Shown in pieces: positions 49,027-59,210 of a DNA stretch of 64,000 nucleotides (positions are counted from its first letter, which is position 1; each line of letters begins with the position of its first letter). Made by a program: the position numbers and the translations under genes. The DNA is from Dehalococcoidia bacterium (GTDB lineage Bacteria > Chloroflexota > Dehalococcoidia > UBA2979): the NCBI GenBank assembly GCA_965247925.1, contig CBDFIB010000004.1, positions 1,862,844-1,926,843 on the forward strand, given 5' to 3'. The notes under the pieces were generated by a model. That model saw only the letters and a list, made by a program, of their open reading frames with translations. It was not told where the DNA came from and did no database searches.

Positions 49027-50346
49027 ATGGTCGCGAGGCTGTTCCCGAACGTCTATGAGGGCTGGATCGTCGTCGGCGCCTCGTCGGTGACGCTGTTCAT
49101 CCTCTCCGCTGCGGTCTTCTGGGGCCTCGGGCCGATCTTCAATCCGATCGTCAACGAGTTCGGCTGGAGCCACGGTGCCACCGCCTTCGCCTTCGCCGTT
49201 CGCTCCGAGGTCAACGGCATCGCCGCCCCCTTCGTCGGGGCGCTGATCGACCGGATCGGCTCGCGGCTGATGATGATTCTGGGGCTCGTCGTCGCCGCGT
49301 GCTGCCTCTTTCTGCTTTCGTTCATGCAGAACATCATGCATTTCTACGTGCTGATGCTGATCATGGCGGCGGGCACCAGCACCTCTGGCGGGCAGGTGAC
49401 GATGGTCTCCACCGTCAGCTGGTTCGAGCGCAAGCGGGCGCGCGCGCTGGCGCTGGGCACGGCGGGAGGGACGCTCGGCGGGGTGCTCGTCGTGGCCATC
49501 GCCTTCCTCGTCGAGTCGCTCGGCTGGCGCGGCGCGCTGCGGATCATGGCGCTGTGCCTGCTCGTCGGCGGCGTCCTCGCGGGCTCCAACGTGCGCATGC
49601 GGCCGCGAGGCCACCACCAGCCGCTCGACGGCATCCCGCGCCCCCCGGGCTCAGCACACGACTACGACGACGACGACGATCGCTGGGGTACGACGCTGCG
49701 CGAGGCGCTGCGCACGCGGGCGTTCTGGCTGCTGGCCTTCGCGCAGTTCACGATCTTCTTTTCGATCACGGCCATCGTCGTGCTGCACGTGCCGTTCATG
49801 GAGGACGATGTCGGCATCTCCAAGACGGCGGCGGGCGTGGGCTCGGCGTTGTTCGCGCTCTCCTCGCTGGTGGGGCGGATCATCTCCGGCGAGGCCGCGG
49901 ACCGCCTCGACAAGCGCGTGGTGCTGGCGCTGGTCGTGCTGGTGGCAGGGCTCTCGATGCCGCTCTTTTCGCTGGTGCAGAACCTCTGGCAGGCGGGGCT
50001 GGTGCTGACGGTGATCGCCGCCGGCGTCGGCGGCGCCAACCCGATCCGCACGGCGCTGCTGGCGGACTACTACGGGACACGCTCGTTCGGCGCGATCAAC
50101 GGCGTCTCGATGTTGATCGGGACGCTCGGCGCATTCCTCGGGCCGTGGCTGCTGGGCTTGAGCGTGGACGCGACCGGAGGCTACGCGATCGGGTTCGCGT
50201 CGACGGGTGTGGTCGCGCTGTTCGCGATTCCGGCGGTGCTGTGGGCGACGCCACCCTCGGAACTGATGGCGCGCTACCGCCGCCGCCCCGTGCGCGTCGT
50301 GCCGCCGGGTCCGCCGCGCTCCTCGCTCGGCACGCCTCGCGGCTAA
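49027..50346 (+). CDS. MFS transporter (OFA-like)
   Basis: 439 aa with 12 predicted TM helices and the MFS signature G(x)LIDRIGSR. Confidence 0.7.
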   Translation: MVARLFPNVYEGWIVVGASSVTLFILSAAVFWGLGPIFNPIVNEFGWSHGATAFAFAVRSEVNGIAAPFVGALIDRIGSRLMMILGLVVAACCLFLLSFMQNIMHFYVLMLIMAAGTSTSGGQVTMVSTVSWFERKRARALALGTAGGTLGGVLVVAIAFLVESLGWRGALRIMALCLLVGGVLAGSNVRMRPRGHHQPLDGIPRPPGSAHDYDDDDDRWGTTLREALRTRAFWLLAFAQFTIFFSITAIVVLHVPFMEDDVGISKTAAGVGSALFALSSLVGRIISGEAADRLDKRVVLALVVLVAGLSMPLFSLVQNLWQAGLVLTVIAAGVGGANPIRTALLADYYGTRSFGAINGVSMLIGTLGAFLGPWLLGLSVDATGGYAIGFASTGVVALFAIPAVLWATPPSELMARYRRRPVRVVPPGPPRSSLGTPRG

Positions 50347-51632
50347 TCGAGCCGCCGCAGGCGCGGCAGGAACGCGATCATCGCGATCGTCACGAGGACC
50401 AGCACGGCGGACGTGGATCCGAGCGCCCACTGGCCGCCGACCTGCTCGGCGAACAGGCCGAACAGCACCGCCCCGAACGCCATCAGGCCGAACTCTGTCA
50501 TGTAGAGCGACATCACGCGCCCTCGGTACTCGTCCAGCGAGTATTGCTGCAGCAGCACGTTGCCCAGCGCCTGCCGCCCGGCACTGCCGAGGCCGACGAA
50601 GAGCATGAAGAAGCCGGCCACCCAGATCAGCCTTGTCGCGGCGAACCCCACGAGCGCCATGCCGATGACCAGGGAGCTGAGCAGCAGCAGCACGCCCCGG
50701 CGCCTCGCGGGCAGCGAGGCGAGCACCAGCGATCCGGTCAGCGATCCGAGGCCGCTCACCGCGATCAGCAGGCCGAGCTCGACCGGGCCGCCGTCGAGCA
50801 CGCCGCGCACGAAACCGGGGAGCATGATCTGGTACGGCATCGCGAGCAACGAACCGACCAGGCCCGCGAGGAGGAGCAGCGCGAGCGTGCGCTCGGCGCG
50901 GACGTAACGGAGGCCTTCGATCAGATCGGCGTACCCGCTGGTGCGGCGGGGGCGGGCGGGGGGCTCGTACTGCGGCTGCACGCGGGCGAGCGTGATGACG
51001 GCGAAGCCGTAGAGCGCGGCCATCAGGAAGTAGACCCACTCCGCGCCGATGAAGGCGATCATGAAGCCGCCCAGCGCCGGCGCCATGAGGCGCATCAGGT
51101 TCGTCGCGGCGGCGCTCAGCGCGACGGCGTTCATCAGGCGGTCCATGCCCACGACCTCCGGCATGATCGCCTGCCTCGAGGGCATCATCAGCGCGATCAC
51201 GATGCCGTGAGCGACGCCGGCGACCATCAGGTGCGCGAACTCAAGCAGGTCGAACAGCAGCAGCAGGCCGACGATGACCGAGATCACGACGTTGGCCACC
51301 TGCCCGGCCTGCAGCACCAGCTTCTTCGGCGCACGGTCGGCGAGCACCCCGCCAAAGACCGAAAGCGTGAGCATCGGCACGGCGCTTCCGAGGGAGATCA
51401 CGCCGAGCGCCGCGAAGCTCTCCGTGAGGTCGTACACGAGGTAGCCGCGGATGAGCATCTGCATGTTCATCGCGGCCATCTGGCCCAGCAGGGCGAGGTA
51501 GAACCAGCGGAACTCGCGGTCGGAGAAGGAGTCGAAGGTGCGGAGTTGCCGCCCGCCTCCGAAGCTGCCGCCCGCCCCCGGCGGCAGGTCGATCGGGCGC
51601 CCGGCGGCGCCCCGCGTCGGGGCGGCGGTCAC
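50343..51632 (-). CDS. MFS transporter (DHA3/EntS-like)
   Basis: 429 aa with 12 TM helices and FGGVLADRAPKKL (MFS motif A). Confidence 0.7.
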   Translation of the reverse strand: MTAAPTRGAAGRPIDLPPGAGGSFGGGRQLRTFDSFSDREFRWFYLALLGQMAAMNMQMLIRGYLVYDLTESFAALGVISLGSAVPMLTLSVFGGVLADRAPKKLVLQAGQVANVVISVIVGLLLLFDLLEFAHLMVAGVAHGIVIALMMPSRQAIMPEVVGMDRLMNAVALSAAATNLMRLMAPALGGFMIAFIGAEWVYFLMAALYGFAVITLARVQPQYEPPARPRRTSGYADLIEGLRYVRAERTLALLLLAGLVGSLLAMPYQIMLPGFVRGVLDGGPVELGLLIAVSGLGSLTGSLVLASLPARRRGVLLLLSSLVIGMALVGFAATRLIWVAGFFMLFVGLGSAGRQALGNVLLQQYSLDEYRGRVMSLYMTEFGLMAFGAVLFGLFAEQVGGQWALGSTSAVLVLVTIAMIAFLPRLRRLD

Positions 51633-51833
51633 GACACCAGACCGCCCGCGAGGGCGGGCGAGCGTGAGGGTCTACGGGAGGGTGCGATCATCTCCGCAGT
51701 TTAGGCGATGAGCCTCGCGACTGCCGTGCGGTTCGACCCGGCGACAGCTTGCTGCAACGGCGCGTCGGGAAGTGCAGGCCTCCTGGACGGCCATCGCGTA
51801 ACCTGAGTGTCGAGCGGGACGGAAGCATGACCT

Positions 51834-52028
51834 ATGACTAGCGAAGAGACCATCACCCTGCCCCGGGCGGAGTACGACGCTCTGATCGAACGAAACGAGG
51901 AGCTTGAGGACACGCTGGCCGCGCTCGAGACGGACGACGGCAGCCGCGTTCCTCACGAGGCGGCCCTCGCCATCATTCGCGGCCAGAGCCCCATTCCACC
52001 GGTTGCCGCGCGGGGGGCGTGCCGCTAG
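51834..52028 (+). CDS. small hypothetical protein (64 aa)
   Basis: It has acidic, helical-looking sequence (ITLPRAEYDALIERNEELEDTLAALE) and genome-like codon usage. It sits between a divergent promoter region and an alpha/beta hydrolase gene. Support is weak. Confidence 0.25.
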   Translation: MTSEETITLPRAEYDALIERNEELEDTLAALETDDGSRVPHEAALAIIRGQSPIPPVAARGACR

Positions 52029-52059
52029 GGTTCGCAGCGCGATACGGGAGGAGACCGCG

Positions 52060-52848
52060 ATGCCGATGCTCGACGTGGACGGGGCGAGGCTGCACTACCA
52101 CGAGCAGGGAGCGGGCGACACGATCGTCCTCACCGCTGGCTACAACACGCCCTCGAAGTTCTGGGGCCCGCTGGTCCCGATGCTCGCCGAGAACTTCCGC
52201 GTCGTCACCTACGACGTACGCGGCTTCGGCGACACGGAAATCGTAGCCGAGAGCGCCAGCATCGATGTCGCCTCGGACGACCTGCACGCGCTGATCGCCC
52301 ATGTCAGCGACGACCCGGTGCTCTCGCTCGGACACGCCTTCGGAGGAGGCGTCGCGTCCAACCACATCGTGCGTAACCCGGACGACGTGCGCGGGCTGAT
52401 CCTCCTCAACTCCGGCGGCCTGTTCGCCGGCGATCCGGCGGCCTCGGCCAACATGTACCCGCTCTCGACCAAGCGGGGCCTCGACGCCGATTCCTACGCG
52501 AAGCTCTTTGTGGAGACCTACTGCGGCGCCGGGTTCGGGGAGACGGACGAGCAGCGCGCGCTGCTCGACGGCATGTTCGAGGACCGGAACTCGCGCGAGA
52601 AGGTGATGCTCTCCCTCTCGATCCTCGGCTCGATGAACGCGGAGAAGTACTGGGCGAAGTGGTCGCAGCCGACGCTGCTGATCTACGGGACCGCGGACCG
52701 CGTGGCCGTGCCCTTCAACGGCTTCGATCTCGCGAGGATGCTGCCGGGCGCGGAGCTGCACTGGCTGCGCGGCGCGGGCCATTACAGCCCGTGGGAGCGC
52801 CCCGAGCGCATCGCCGAGCTGATCGGCGAGTTCGCCGCGGGCCTGTAG
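52060..52848 (+). CDS. alpha/beta hydrolase
   Basis: It has an ATG with a GGGAGGAG RBS and the nucleophile elbow GHAFGG. Its length of 262 aa is typical. Confidence 0.7.
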   Translation: MPMLDVDGARLHYHEQGAGDTIVLTAGYNTPSKFWGPLVPMLAENFRVVTYDVRGFGDTEIVAESASIDVASDDLHALIAHVSDDPVLSLGHAFGGGVASNHIVRNPDDVRGLILLNSGGLFAGDPAASANMYPLSTKRGLDADSYAKLFVETYCGAGFGETDEQRALLDGMFEDRNSREKVMLSLSILGSMNAEKYWAKWSQPTLLIYGTADRVAVPFNGFDLARMLPGAELHWLRGAGHYSPWERPERIAELIGEFAAGL

Positions 52849-52897
52849 CCCGCATCCGGGCGCCCGGCCGGCCGGTAGCCACGAGCAGCACGGCGCG

Positions 52898-53674
52898 GTG
52901 ACGCAGCGCCTCCAGGGCAAGGCCGCCGTCGTCACGGGCGCCGCCTCCGGCGCCGGGCGGGCGATGGCGCAACGCTGCGCCTCGGAAGGCGCGTCCGTGT
53001 TCTGCGCCGACGTCAACGAGGACGGCCTCGCCGACACGGTCGCGAGCATCGAGGCCGCGGGCGGTAGCGCCGTCGCGCGGCGCGTCGACGTCTCCCGCGA
53101 GCCCGAGGTCGAGGCGATGCTGCGTGAGGCGGTCGAGCGCTTCGGGCGGCTCGACGTGCTGATGAACAACGCCGCCGTCGGGGGCGGCGTGGGCGACTGG
53201 TCGCGCACGATCGCGGTCAACCTCGAGGGCGTCTACTACGGGCTGCAGCACGGCGCGGCGCTGCTCGCCGAGCAGGGCGGCGGCGCGATCGTCAGCACTG
53301 CCTCCGTCGGCGCGCTCGTCGCGCTGCGCCACCACCGGCTGCCGCGCGACGGTGGCCCGCTGCCCTCGGGGCCGCTCGGCTACATCGCTGCGAAGTCCGG
53401 CGTCGTGGGGCTGACGAGACAGTTCGCCGTCGTCTACGGACGCCGCGGCGTGCGCGTCAACGCGATCGCACCCGGCGGCATAGACACCCCGATGCTGCGA
53501 GGCGGCAGCGACTTCACCGAGGGCGATCCACACCCCGCCGACGCGATCCACCCGCTCGGCCGCATCGCGCGGCCCTCGGAGATCGCGTCCGCCGCCGTCT
53601 TCCTCGCCAGCGACGAGGCCTCGTTCATCACCGGCATCGTGCTGCCCGTCGATGGCGGCTACACGGCGATGTAG
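52898..53674 (+). CDS. SDR family oxidoreductase
   Basis: It has TGAASGAGRAMA, NNAA and YIAAKSG motifs. Confidence 0.75.
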   Translation: MTQRLQGKAAVVTGAASGAGRAMAQRCASEGASVFCADVNEDGLADTVASIEAAGGSAVARRVDVSREPEVEAMLREAVERFGRLDVLMNNAAVGGGVGDWSRTIAVNLEGVYYGLQHGAALLAEQGGGAIVSTASVGALVALRHHRLPRDGGPLPSGPLGYIAAKSGVVGLTRQFAVVYGRRGVRVNAIAPGGIDTPMLRGGSDFTEGDPHPADAIHPLGRIARPSEIASAAVFLASDEASFITGIVLPVDGGYTAM

Positions 53675-53742
53675 CCGCGGCGGGACCGCCACCCGCATAC
53701 ACTCCGGCGGACACGCTTCGGGCAGTGGACGGGAGGGCGGCC

Positions 53743-54627
53743 ATGCAGGACTTCGAGGGCAAGGTCGCCGTCGTCACCGGCGCGGCAAGCGGGATCGGGC
53801 GCGGGCTGGCGCAGAGCTTCGCCGAGGAGGGCATGCGCGTCATCCTCGCCGACGTCGAGGCGGAGGCCCTCGATGGGGCGGTCGCGGAGTTGCGGGACGC
53901 GGGTCACGAGGTGCGCGGCGAACAGGTCGACGTCTCCAGTCAGCCCTCGGTCGACGCGCTGGCGCAGGCGGCGTTCGAGGCCTGGGGCGGGGTGCACGTC
54001 GTCTGCAACAACGCCGGCGTCGCCGCCGTCAACGACTGGGGCTCGCTGCATCCCGAGGGCGGCGTCCCGATGTGGGACCTCACGCTCGATGACTGGCGCT
54101 GGACCTACGGCGTCAACTTCTGGGGCGTCGTGCACGGCATCCGCGCCTTCACTCCGCTGCTGCTCGAGCAGGGCGAGCCGGCGCACATCGTCAACACCGG
54201 CTCCGTGCAGAGCTTCCACGGCGGCACGAGCCTCGTTGCCTACAGCTCGACGAAGTTCGCCGTCGGCCGCATCACCGAGGCGCTGCAGATGCAGCTGCGC
54301 GAGCTCGGCTCGCCCGTGCGTGCGCACCTGCTCTGCCCCGGCGGCGTGGCGACTCGCAGCTACCTCGCCGAGCGCAACCGCCCGGCTGAACTGCGCAACC
54401 CCGATCCGGGAGCGGACGACCCGGAGCGCGCGGCTGCCTTCGCGCGAGCGCGCGACGAGACCGGCGAGAACATGGGACGCAACATGCCGCCCTCGGGCGT
54501 CGCGGCGGCAGTGGTCGAGGGGCTGCGCGCGGAGCGCTTCTACATCTTCTCGCACGGGACCGACTTCGACGCGCAGATTCGCGCGCGCATGGAGCGGATC
54601 ATCGCGCGCGAGGATCCCCAACCCTGA
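53743..54627 (+). CDS. SDR family oxidoreductase
   Basis: It has TGAASGIGRGLA, NNAG and YSSTKFA motifs. The start is the internal Met (MQDFEGK). Confidence 0.7.
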   Translation: MQDFEGKVAVVTGAASGIGRGLAQSFAEEGMRVILADVEAEALDGAVAELRDAGHEVRGEQVDVSSQPSVDALAQAAFEAWGGVHVVCNNAGVAAVNDWGSLHPEGGVPMWDLTLDDWRWTYGVNFWGVVHGIRAFTPLLLEQGEPAHIVNTGSVQSFHGGTSLVAYSSTKFAVGRITEALQMQLRELGSPVRAHLLCPGGVATRSYLAERNRPAELRNPDPGADDPERAAAFARARDETGENMGRNMPPSGVAAAVVEGLRAERFYIFSHGTDFDAQIRARMERIIAREDPQP

Positions 54628-54658
54628 TCCTCGCCGCGAAATCGGCTATCGTGCGCCC

Positions 54659-55105
54659 GTGACCGCCGAACACCGTCTCGCGATCCTCGAGCAGATCGGC
54701 CGCTACTCGTACGCGGCCGACGATCAAGACGTCGAGGGCATGGCTGGGCGCTTCACCGAAGACGGCGTCTTCGAGCGCCACGAGATTGGCTCGAACGGGG
54801 CGGTCTTCCGCGCCGCGGGCCGCGCGGCGCTGCGGGGCTGGGCCGCCGAGGTGATCGCGGCGCGCGGGGACGGCGTCATCACGCGCCACCACCAGCGTGC
54901 GACCGTCTTCGACGAGCTGGGCGCCGACACGGCGCGTACGCGCACGATGCTGCTGCTCACCCGCATCGGTCCGGGCGAGCAGCACCCGCGCACGGTCCTC
55001 AGCGGCGTCTACCGCGACGAGTGGCGCCGTACGGCCGACGGTTGGCGCATCACGCGCCGCATCGCCGACCTGGACCGCCCGGCCCCGGACGCGCCGCGTG
55101 GCTGA
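54659..55105 (+). CDS. NTF2-like (SnoaL/DUF4440-type) protein
   Basis: A GTG start is proposed. ILEQIGRYSYAADDQDVEGMAGRFTEDGVF...WRRTADGWRI is typical of the NTF2-like fold. Confidence 0.45.
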   Translation: MTAEHRLAILEQIGRYSYAADDQDVEGMAGRFTEDGVFERHEIGSNGAVFRAAGRAALRGWAAEVIAARGDGVITRHHQRATVFDELGADTARTRTMLLLTRIGPGEQHPRTVLSGVYRDEWRRTADGWRITRRIADLDRPAPDAPRG

Positions 55106-55106
55106 G

Positions 55107-55391
55107 GTGCGCATCGTCGGCAAGGCGATGGACGATCTCGCCGACGACTGGCACTGGGTGGTGTTGCACGCCGCCGAGGAGCTGGAGCCGCGGCTCTACT
55201 TCACCGCCCGCGTCGACACCGTCTGCGGCATCCTGATCGCGGACCGCCCGCGGCGCGTGCGGCTCTTCGACATGGGCGCGCCGGATCAACCGACCTGCCC
55301 GGCGTGCAGCAAGGACGGCCTGCCGCCCGGCCTGCTCGCCGACGTGCGCGAGGCCCTCGAGCGCGCCGACCGCGAGCCGGTGGAGGTGTAG
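55107..55391 (+). CDS. hypothetical protein
   Basis: It is about 90 aa and contains a CPAC motif, with no recognisable family. It fills the gap before polA. Confidence 0.3.
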   Translation: MRIVGKAMDDLADDWHWVVLHAAEELEPRLYFTARVDTVCGILIADRPRRVRLFDMGAPDQPTCPACSKDGLPPGLLADVREALERADREPVEV

Positions 55392-55430
55392 CGGCACGCC
55401 TCCGGCCGCGCGGCGGATATACTGCGGGCG

Positions 55431-58271
55431 ATGGCCCTCGATCTATCCGACCGCCCAAATCTGCTCGTCATCCTCGACTCGCACGGCATCATCTACCGCT
55501 CGTACTTCGCGCTGCGCGACAGCTTCGCGAGCACCGTGCGGCTCACGGGTGAGCCGGTCTGGGCCGTCTACGGCTACGCCAACTCGCTGCTCTACGTGCT
55601 GGACGAGCTGCGCCCGACGCACATCATCGCCGCCTGGGACGCCCCTACCCCGACCTTCCGCCACGAGGCCGACGCCGACTACAAGGCGACCCGGCGGCCG
55701 ACGCCCGACGACCTGAAGCCGCAGATCGAACGCGTGCGCGATGTGCTGGCCGCGTTCCAGATTCCCCTGATCGAGGCGCCGGGCTTCGAGGCCGACGACG
55801 TTCTCGGCACGCTCGCCACGCAGGCGAAGGCGGCCGGCGTCGAGACCGTGATCGTGACGCTCGACAACGACCTGGTGCAGCTCGTCCAGCCGGGCGTGCG
55901 CGTGCTGATGTACCGGCCCTATCAGCGCGATTATGTCCTGTACGACACCGAGGGCGTCCGTGCCCGCTGGGGCTTCGAGCCGGACCAGATCCCCGACTTC
56001 AAGGCCCTCGTCGGCGACAACAGCGACAACATCGCCGGCGTGAAGGGCATCGGCGACAAGGGCGCGAAGGCGCTGATCGGCGAGTGGGGCACGCTCGAGG
56101 GGATGATCGAGCACCTCGACGAGATCAAGCCGCCGAGTGCGCAGAAGGCGCTGGCCGCCGCCGTCGAGGACGCCCGCCACTACAAGCGCATGGCGACCAT
56201 CGTCATCGACGTGCCGGACGTGACGCTCGACCTCGATGCGTCGAGGGTGCACGACTACGACCGCGACGCGGTGCTGGCGCTGTTCCAGGAGCTCGAGTTC
56301 CGCTCGCTCGTCCGACGGCTGCCGCAGCACGCGGACGATGTCGCCCCGGACGGGGCGCAGCCCAAGGGCGCCATCACCCGCGGCGGCGACTACGAAGTCG
56401 TGACGACGACCGAGCGCCTTGCCGAGGTCGTCGAGGCGGTGCGCGCGGCCGGGCGCTTCGCCTTCGAGCTGCTGGCCGACGATGAGCACCCGATGCGCGC
56501 CGCCTACGGCCTCGTGGGCCTCGCGCTCAGCATCGAGCCTGGCAAGGGCTGGTACCTGCCCTTCGGCCACACGAGCGAGCCGCTGCCTCCGACGGAGGGC
56601 CAGCAGGAGATGGCGATGGACGCGCCCGAGCCCGAGGCGCGGATCGCCCAGCTCCCGCGCGACGCCGTCCTCGAGGCGGCGCGCACGCTCTTCACCGATC
56701 CGGACCTCGAGCGCGTCTCCAACAGCGGCAAGAACCAGATGCTCGCGCTCGCCGAGACGCCGGGCGGCGTCTGGACCGAGCGCATTGACTTCGACACCTC
56801 GGTCGCCGCGTACGTGCTCGGCGAGCGAGCGCGCGACATCCGCGGGCTGGCCTTCGAGCGGCTCGGCCACGAGCTGCCCGAGGCGAAGAGCCTGCTCAGC
56901 ACGGGCCGCAAGGCGATCCCCTTCTCGCGCACCGACCCCGAGGACGCGGCGGGCCTTGCCGCTGGCGCCGCCGACGCGACGCTGCGCCTCGCCGGTGATC
57001 TGCTCCCCGAGCTCGCGGCGAACGACCTCGACGGCGTCTTCCGCGAGATCGATCTCCCGCACCTGCCGGTGCTCGCGCGCATGGAGCAGTACGGCCTCGC
57101 CGTGGACCGCGAGGCGCTCGCGATCCTCGGGGCGGAGCTGGCCGAGCTGTCCGAGGCGGCGCAGGCCGAGGTGTTCTCGGCGGTCGGGCACGAGTTCCAG
57201 ATCGGCTCGCCGCAGCAGCTCTCGCACGTGCTCTTCGAGGAGCTGGAGCTGCCCCGGACGCGCAAGACGGCGAGGGGCTGGACGACGGACGCGAACGCCC
57301 TCGAGCCGCTGCGGCAGGCGCACCCGGCCGTCGAGGCGGTGTTGCGCTGGCGCGAGCTGACGAAGATCCGGTCGACCTACGTGGACACGCTGCCGGGGCA
57401 GATCCATCCGGTGACCGGGCGCGTGCACACGGTGTTCTCGCAGACCACGGCCGCCACCGGGCGGCTCTCCTCGAACGATCCGAACCTGCAGAACATCCCC
57501 GTGCGCAGCGAGATCGGCGCGGCCGTGCGCAACGCCTTCATCGCGCGGGACTGTGGCGAGGATCCGCTGCTGCTCTCGCTCGACTACTCGCAGATCGAGC
57601 TGCGCATCCTCGCGCACGTCTCGGGCGACGAGGAGCTGCGGCGCGCCTTCCTCGCGGGCGAGGACGTCCACCGCGCGACGGCGTCCAACGTCTTCAAGGT
57701 CGCCCCGGAGGAGGTGGACGCGGAGATGCGCCGCCGCGCGAAGGTCTTCAACTTCGGCGTGCTCTACGGCCTCACGGCCTTCGGGCTCTCCCAGCGCGAG
57801 GGCATCCCCCGCGACGAGGCGGAGGAGTTCATCCGCGCCTACTTCGCGGCCTACCCGCAGGTCGCGCACTGGCGCGACACCGTGGTCGCCGAGGCGCGCG
57901 AGCGTGGCTACGCCGAGACGCTGACCGGACGGCGCCGCTACATCCCGGAGCTGCGGTCGAGGAACCACAACCGCCGCCTCGGAGCGGAGCGGATCGCGAT
58001 CAACATGCCAATTCAGGGCGCCGCCGCTGACATCATCAAGATCGCCATGAACCGCATCGACACCGAGTTGGTCGCTCATCGTGCGAGCGGCGGCCGGGCG
58101 CGCATGGTGCTGCAGGTCCACGACGAACTGCTCTTCGAACTGCCGCGCGAGGAACTCGACAGCGTTCGCGAGATCGCCTGCCGCCTCATGCCGGCCGTCG
58201 TGCTCTCCGTGCCGCTGGAGCTGGACGAGAAGTACGGCCGCTCGTGGGGCGAGATGGCCGAGACGGCGTGA
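55431..58271 (+). CDS. polA: DNA polymerase I
   Basis: 946 aa with a 5'-3' exonuclease (LLVILDSHGIIYRSYFAL) and a 3'-5' exo-like domain. The polymerase motifs A (LLSLDYSQIELRILAH), B (RRRAKVFNFGVLYG) and C (VHDELLFE) are present. Confidence 0.9.
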   Translation: MALDLSDRPNLLVILDSHGIIYRSYFALRDSFASTVRLTGEPVWAVYGYANSLLYVLDELRPTHIIAAWDAPTPTFRHEADADYKATRRPTPDDLKPQIERVRDVLAAFQIPLIEAPGFEADDVLGTLATQAKAAGVETVIVTLDNDLVQLVQPGVRVLMYRPYQRDYVLYDTEGVRARWGFEPDQIPDFKALVGDNSDNIAGVKGIGDKGAKALIGEWGTLEGMIEHLDEIKPPSAQKALAAAVEDARHYKRMATIVIDVPDVTLDLDASRVHDYDRDAVLALFQELEFRSLVRRLPQHADDVAPDGAQPKGAITRGGDYEVVTTTERLAEVVEAVRAAGRFAFELLADDEHPMRAAYGLVGLALSIEPGKGWYLPFGHTSEPLPPTEGQQEMAMDAPEPEARIAQLPRDAVLEAARTLFTDPDLERVSNSGKNQMLALAETPGGVWTERIDFDTSVAAYVLGERARDIRGLAFERLGHELPEAKSLLSTGRKAIPFSRTDPEDAAGLAAGAADATLRLAGDLLPELAANDLDGVFREIDLPHLPVLARMEQYGLAVDREALAILGAELAELSEAAQAEVFSAVGHEFQIGSPQQLSHVLFEELELPRTRKTARGWTTDANALEPLRQAHPAVEAVLRWRELTKIRSTYVDTLPGQIHPVTGRVHTVFSQTTAATGRLSSNDPNLQNIPVRSEIGAAVRNAFIARDCGEDPLLLSLDYSQIELRILAHVSGDEELRRAFLAGEDVHRATASNVFKVAPEEVDAEMRRRAKVFNFGVLYGLTAFGLSQREGIPRDEAEEFIRAYFAAYPQVAHWRDTVVAEARERGYAETLTGRRRYIPELRSRNHNRRLGAERIAINMPIQGAAADIIKIAMNRIDTELVAHRASGGRARMVLQVHDELLFELPREELDSVREIACRLMPAVVLSVPLELDEKYGRSWGEMAETA

Positions 58272-58289
58272 TCCGCCGCCCGCCGAGCG

Positions 58290-59120
58290 ATGCCTGAACT
58301 GCCCGAGGTCGAGACGATCCGCCGCGGCCTCGAGCCGCGGATCGCCGGTCGCACCATCGAGTCGGTGCGCATCCACGCCGGCGCCGAACGCTTGGCCGTC
58401 ACCCACTCCCCGCGCGAACTCGAGCACGAGCTGGCGGGACGGCGCATCGAGGCGCTCGGCCGCCACGGCAAGTACCTGATCGCCGCCCTCGACGACGACC
58501 GCAGCTGGGTGATGCACTTGCGCATGACCGGCGTGCTGCTGCTCGGCGACCGCGCCGCACCCAGCGAGCGCTTCGAGCGCGCACGCGTCGAACTCGACGA
58601 CGGCTGCGCGCTGCGCCTCAATGACATCCGCAAGTTCGGCACCTGGCACCTCGTCGAAGATCCCGCCGACGCGATGCCGCGCATCGGGCCGGACGCGCTC
58701 TCCGAGGCGTTCAGCGTGCGCTGGCTGCGGGACGCCCTCGGACGGCGCAGCGTGGCCGTGAAGTCGGCGCTGCTCGATCAGCGCGTGGCGGCGGGAGTCG
58801 GCAACATCTACGCAGACGAGGCGTTGTGGATCGCGGGCATCGACCCGCGCACGCCGGCCGGCTCGATCGGCCCGCGCCGGGTCGCGCGACTGCACGCCGC
58901 GCTGCTGGAGACGCTGCGCGAGGGCCTGGCCGACGGCGGCAGCTCATTCGACGACTACCGCGACGCCTTCGGACTCACGGGCGGGCACCACCTGCGCGTG
59001 CACATCTTCCGCCGCCAGGGCGAACCCTGCGAGCGCCGGCGCTGCGGCGGACGCGAGATCCAGCGCATTCGCCTCGGCGGACGCGCCACGCACTTCTGCG
59101 CGAGCTGCCAGCGCCGCTGA
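58290..59120 (+). CDS. mutM: formamidopyrimidine-DNA glycosylase
   Basis: It has the N-terminal MPELPEVE and a C-terminal zinc finger (CERRRCGG...CASCQ). Confidence 0.85.
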   Translation: MPELPEVETIRRGLEPRIAGRTIESVRIHAGAERLAVTHSPRELEHELAGRRIEALGRHGKYLIAALDDDRSWVMHLRMTGVLLLGDRAAPSERFERARVELDDGCALRLNDIRKFGTWHLVEDPADAMPRIGPDALSEAFSVRWLRDALGRRSVAVKSALLDQRVAAGVGNIYADEALWIAGIDPRTPAGSIGPRRVARLHAALLETLREGLADGGSSFDDYRDAFGLTGGHHLRVHIFRRQGEPCERRRCGGREIQRIRLGGRATHFCASCQRR

Positions 59121-59210
59121 GGGAACGATCGGGCGCGTGTGCGCGTACAGTCTGATCAGAGGGTGCGGGTGTGCCGATCAACCCGCCCGCGCGCGCAGAA
59201 CAGAGGCACT

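Noticed and set aside
49299-51704. 801-aa plus-strand ORF
   Set aside because: It is an alternate frame across the two MFS genes with His/Arg/Ala low-complexity composition.
52715-53698. 327-aa minus-strand ORF
   Set aside because: It is antisense to the SDR gene at 52898..53674.
55443-58895. 1150-aa minus-strand ORF
   Set aside because: It is antisense to polA and mutM. It has Arg/Ala/Gly/Pro-rich low-complexity composition with no motifs, the typical high-GC antisense artefact.
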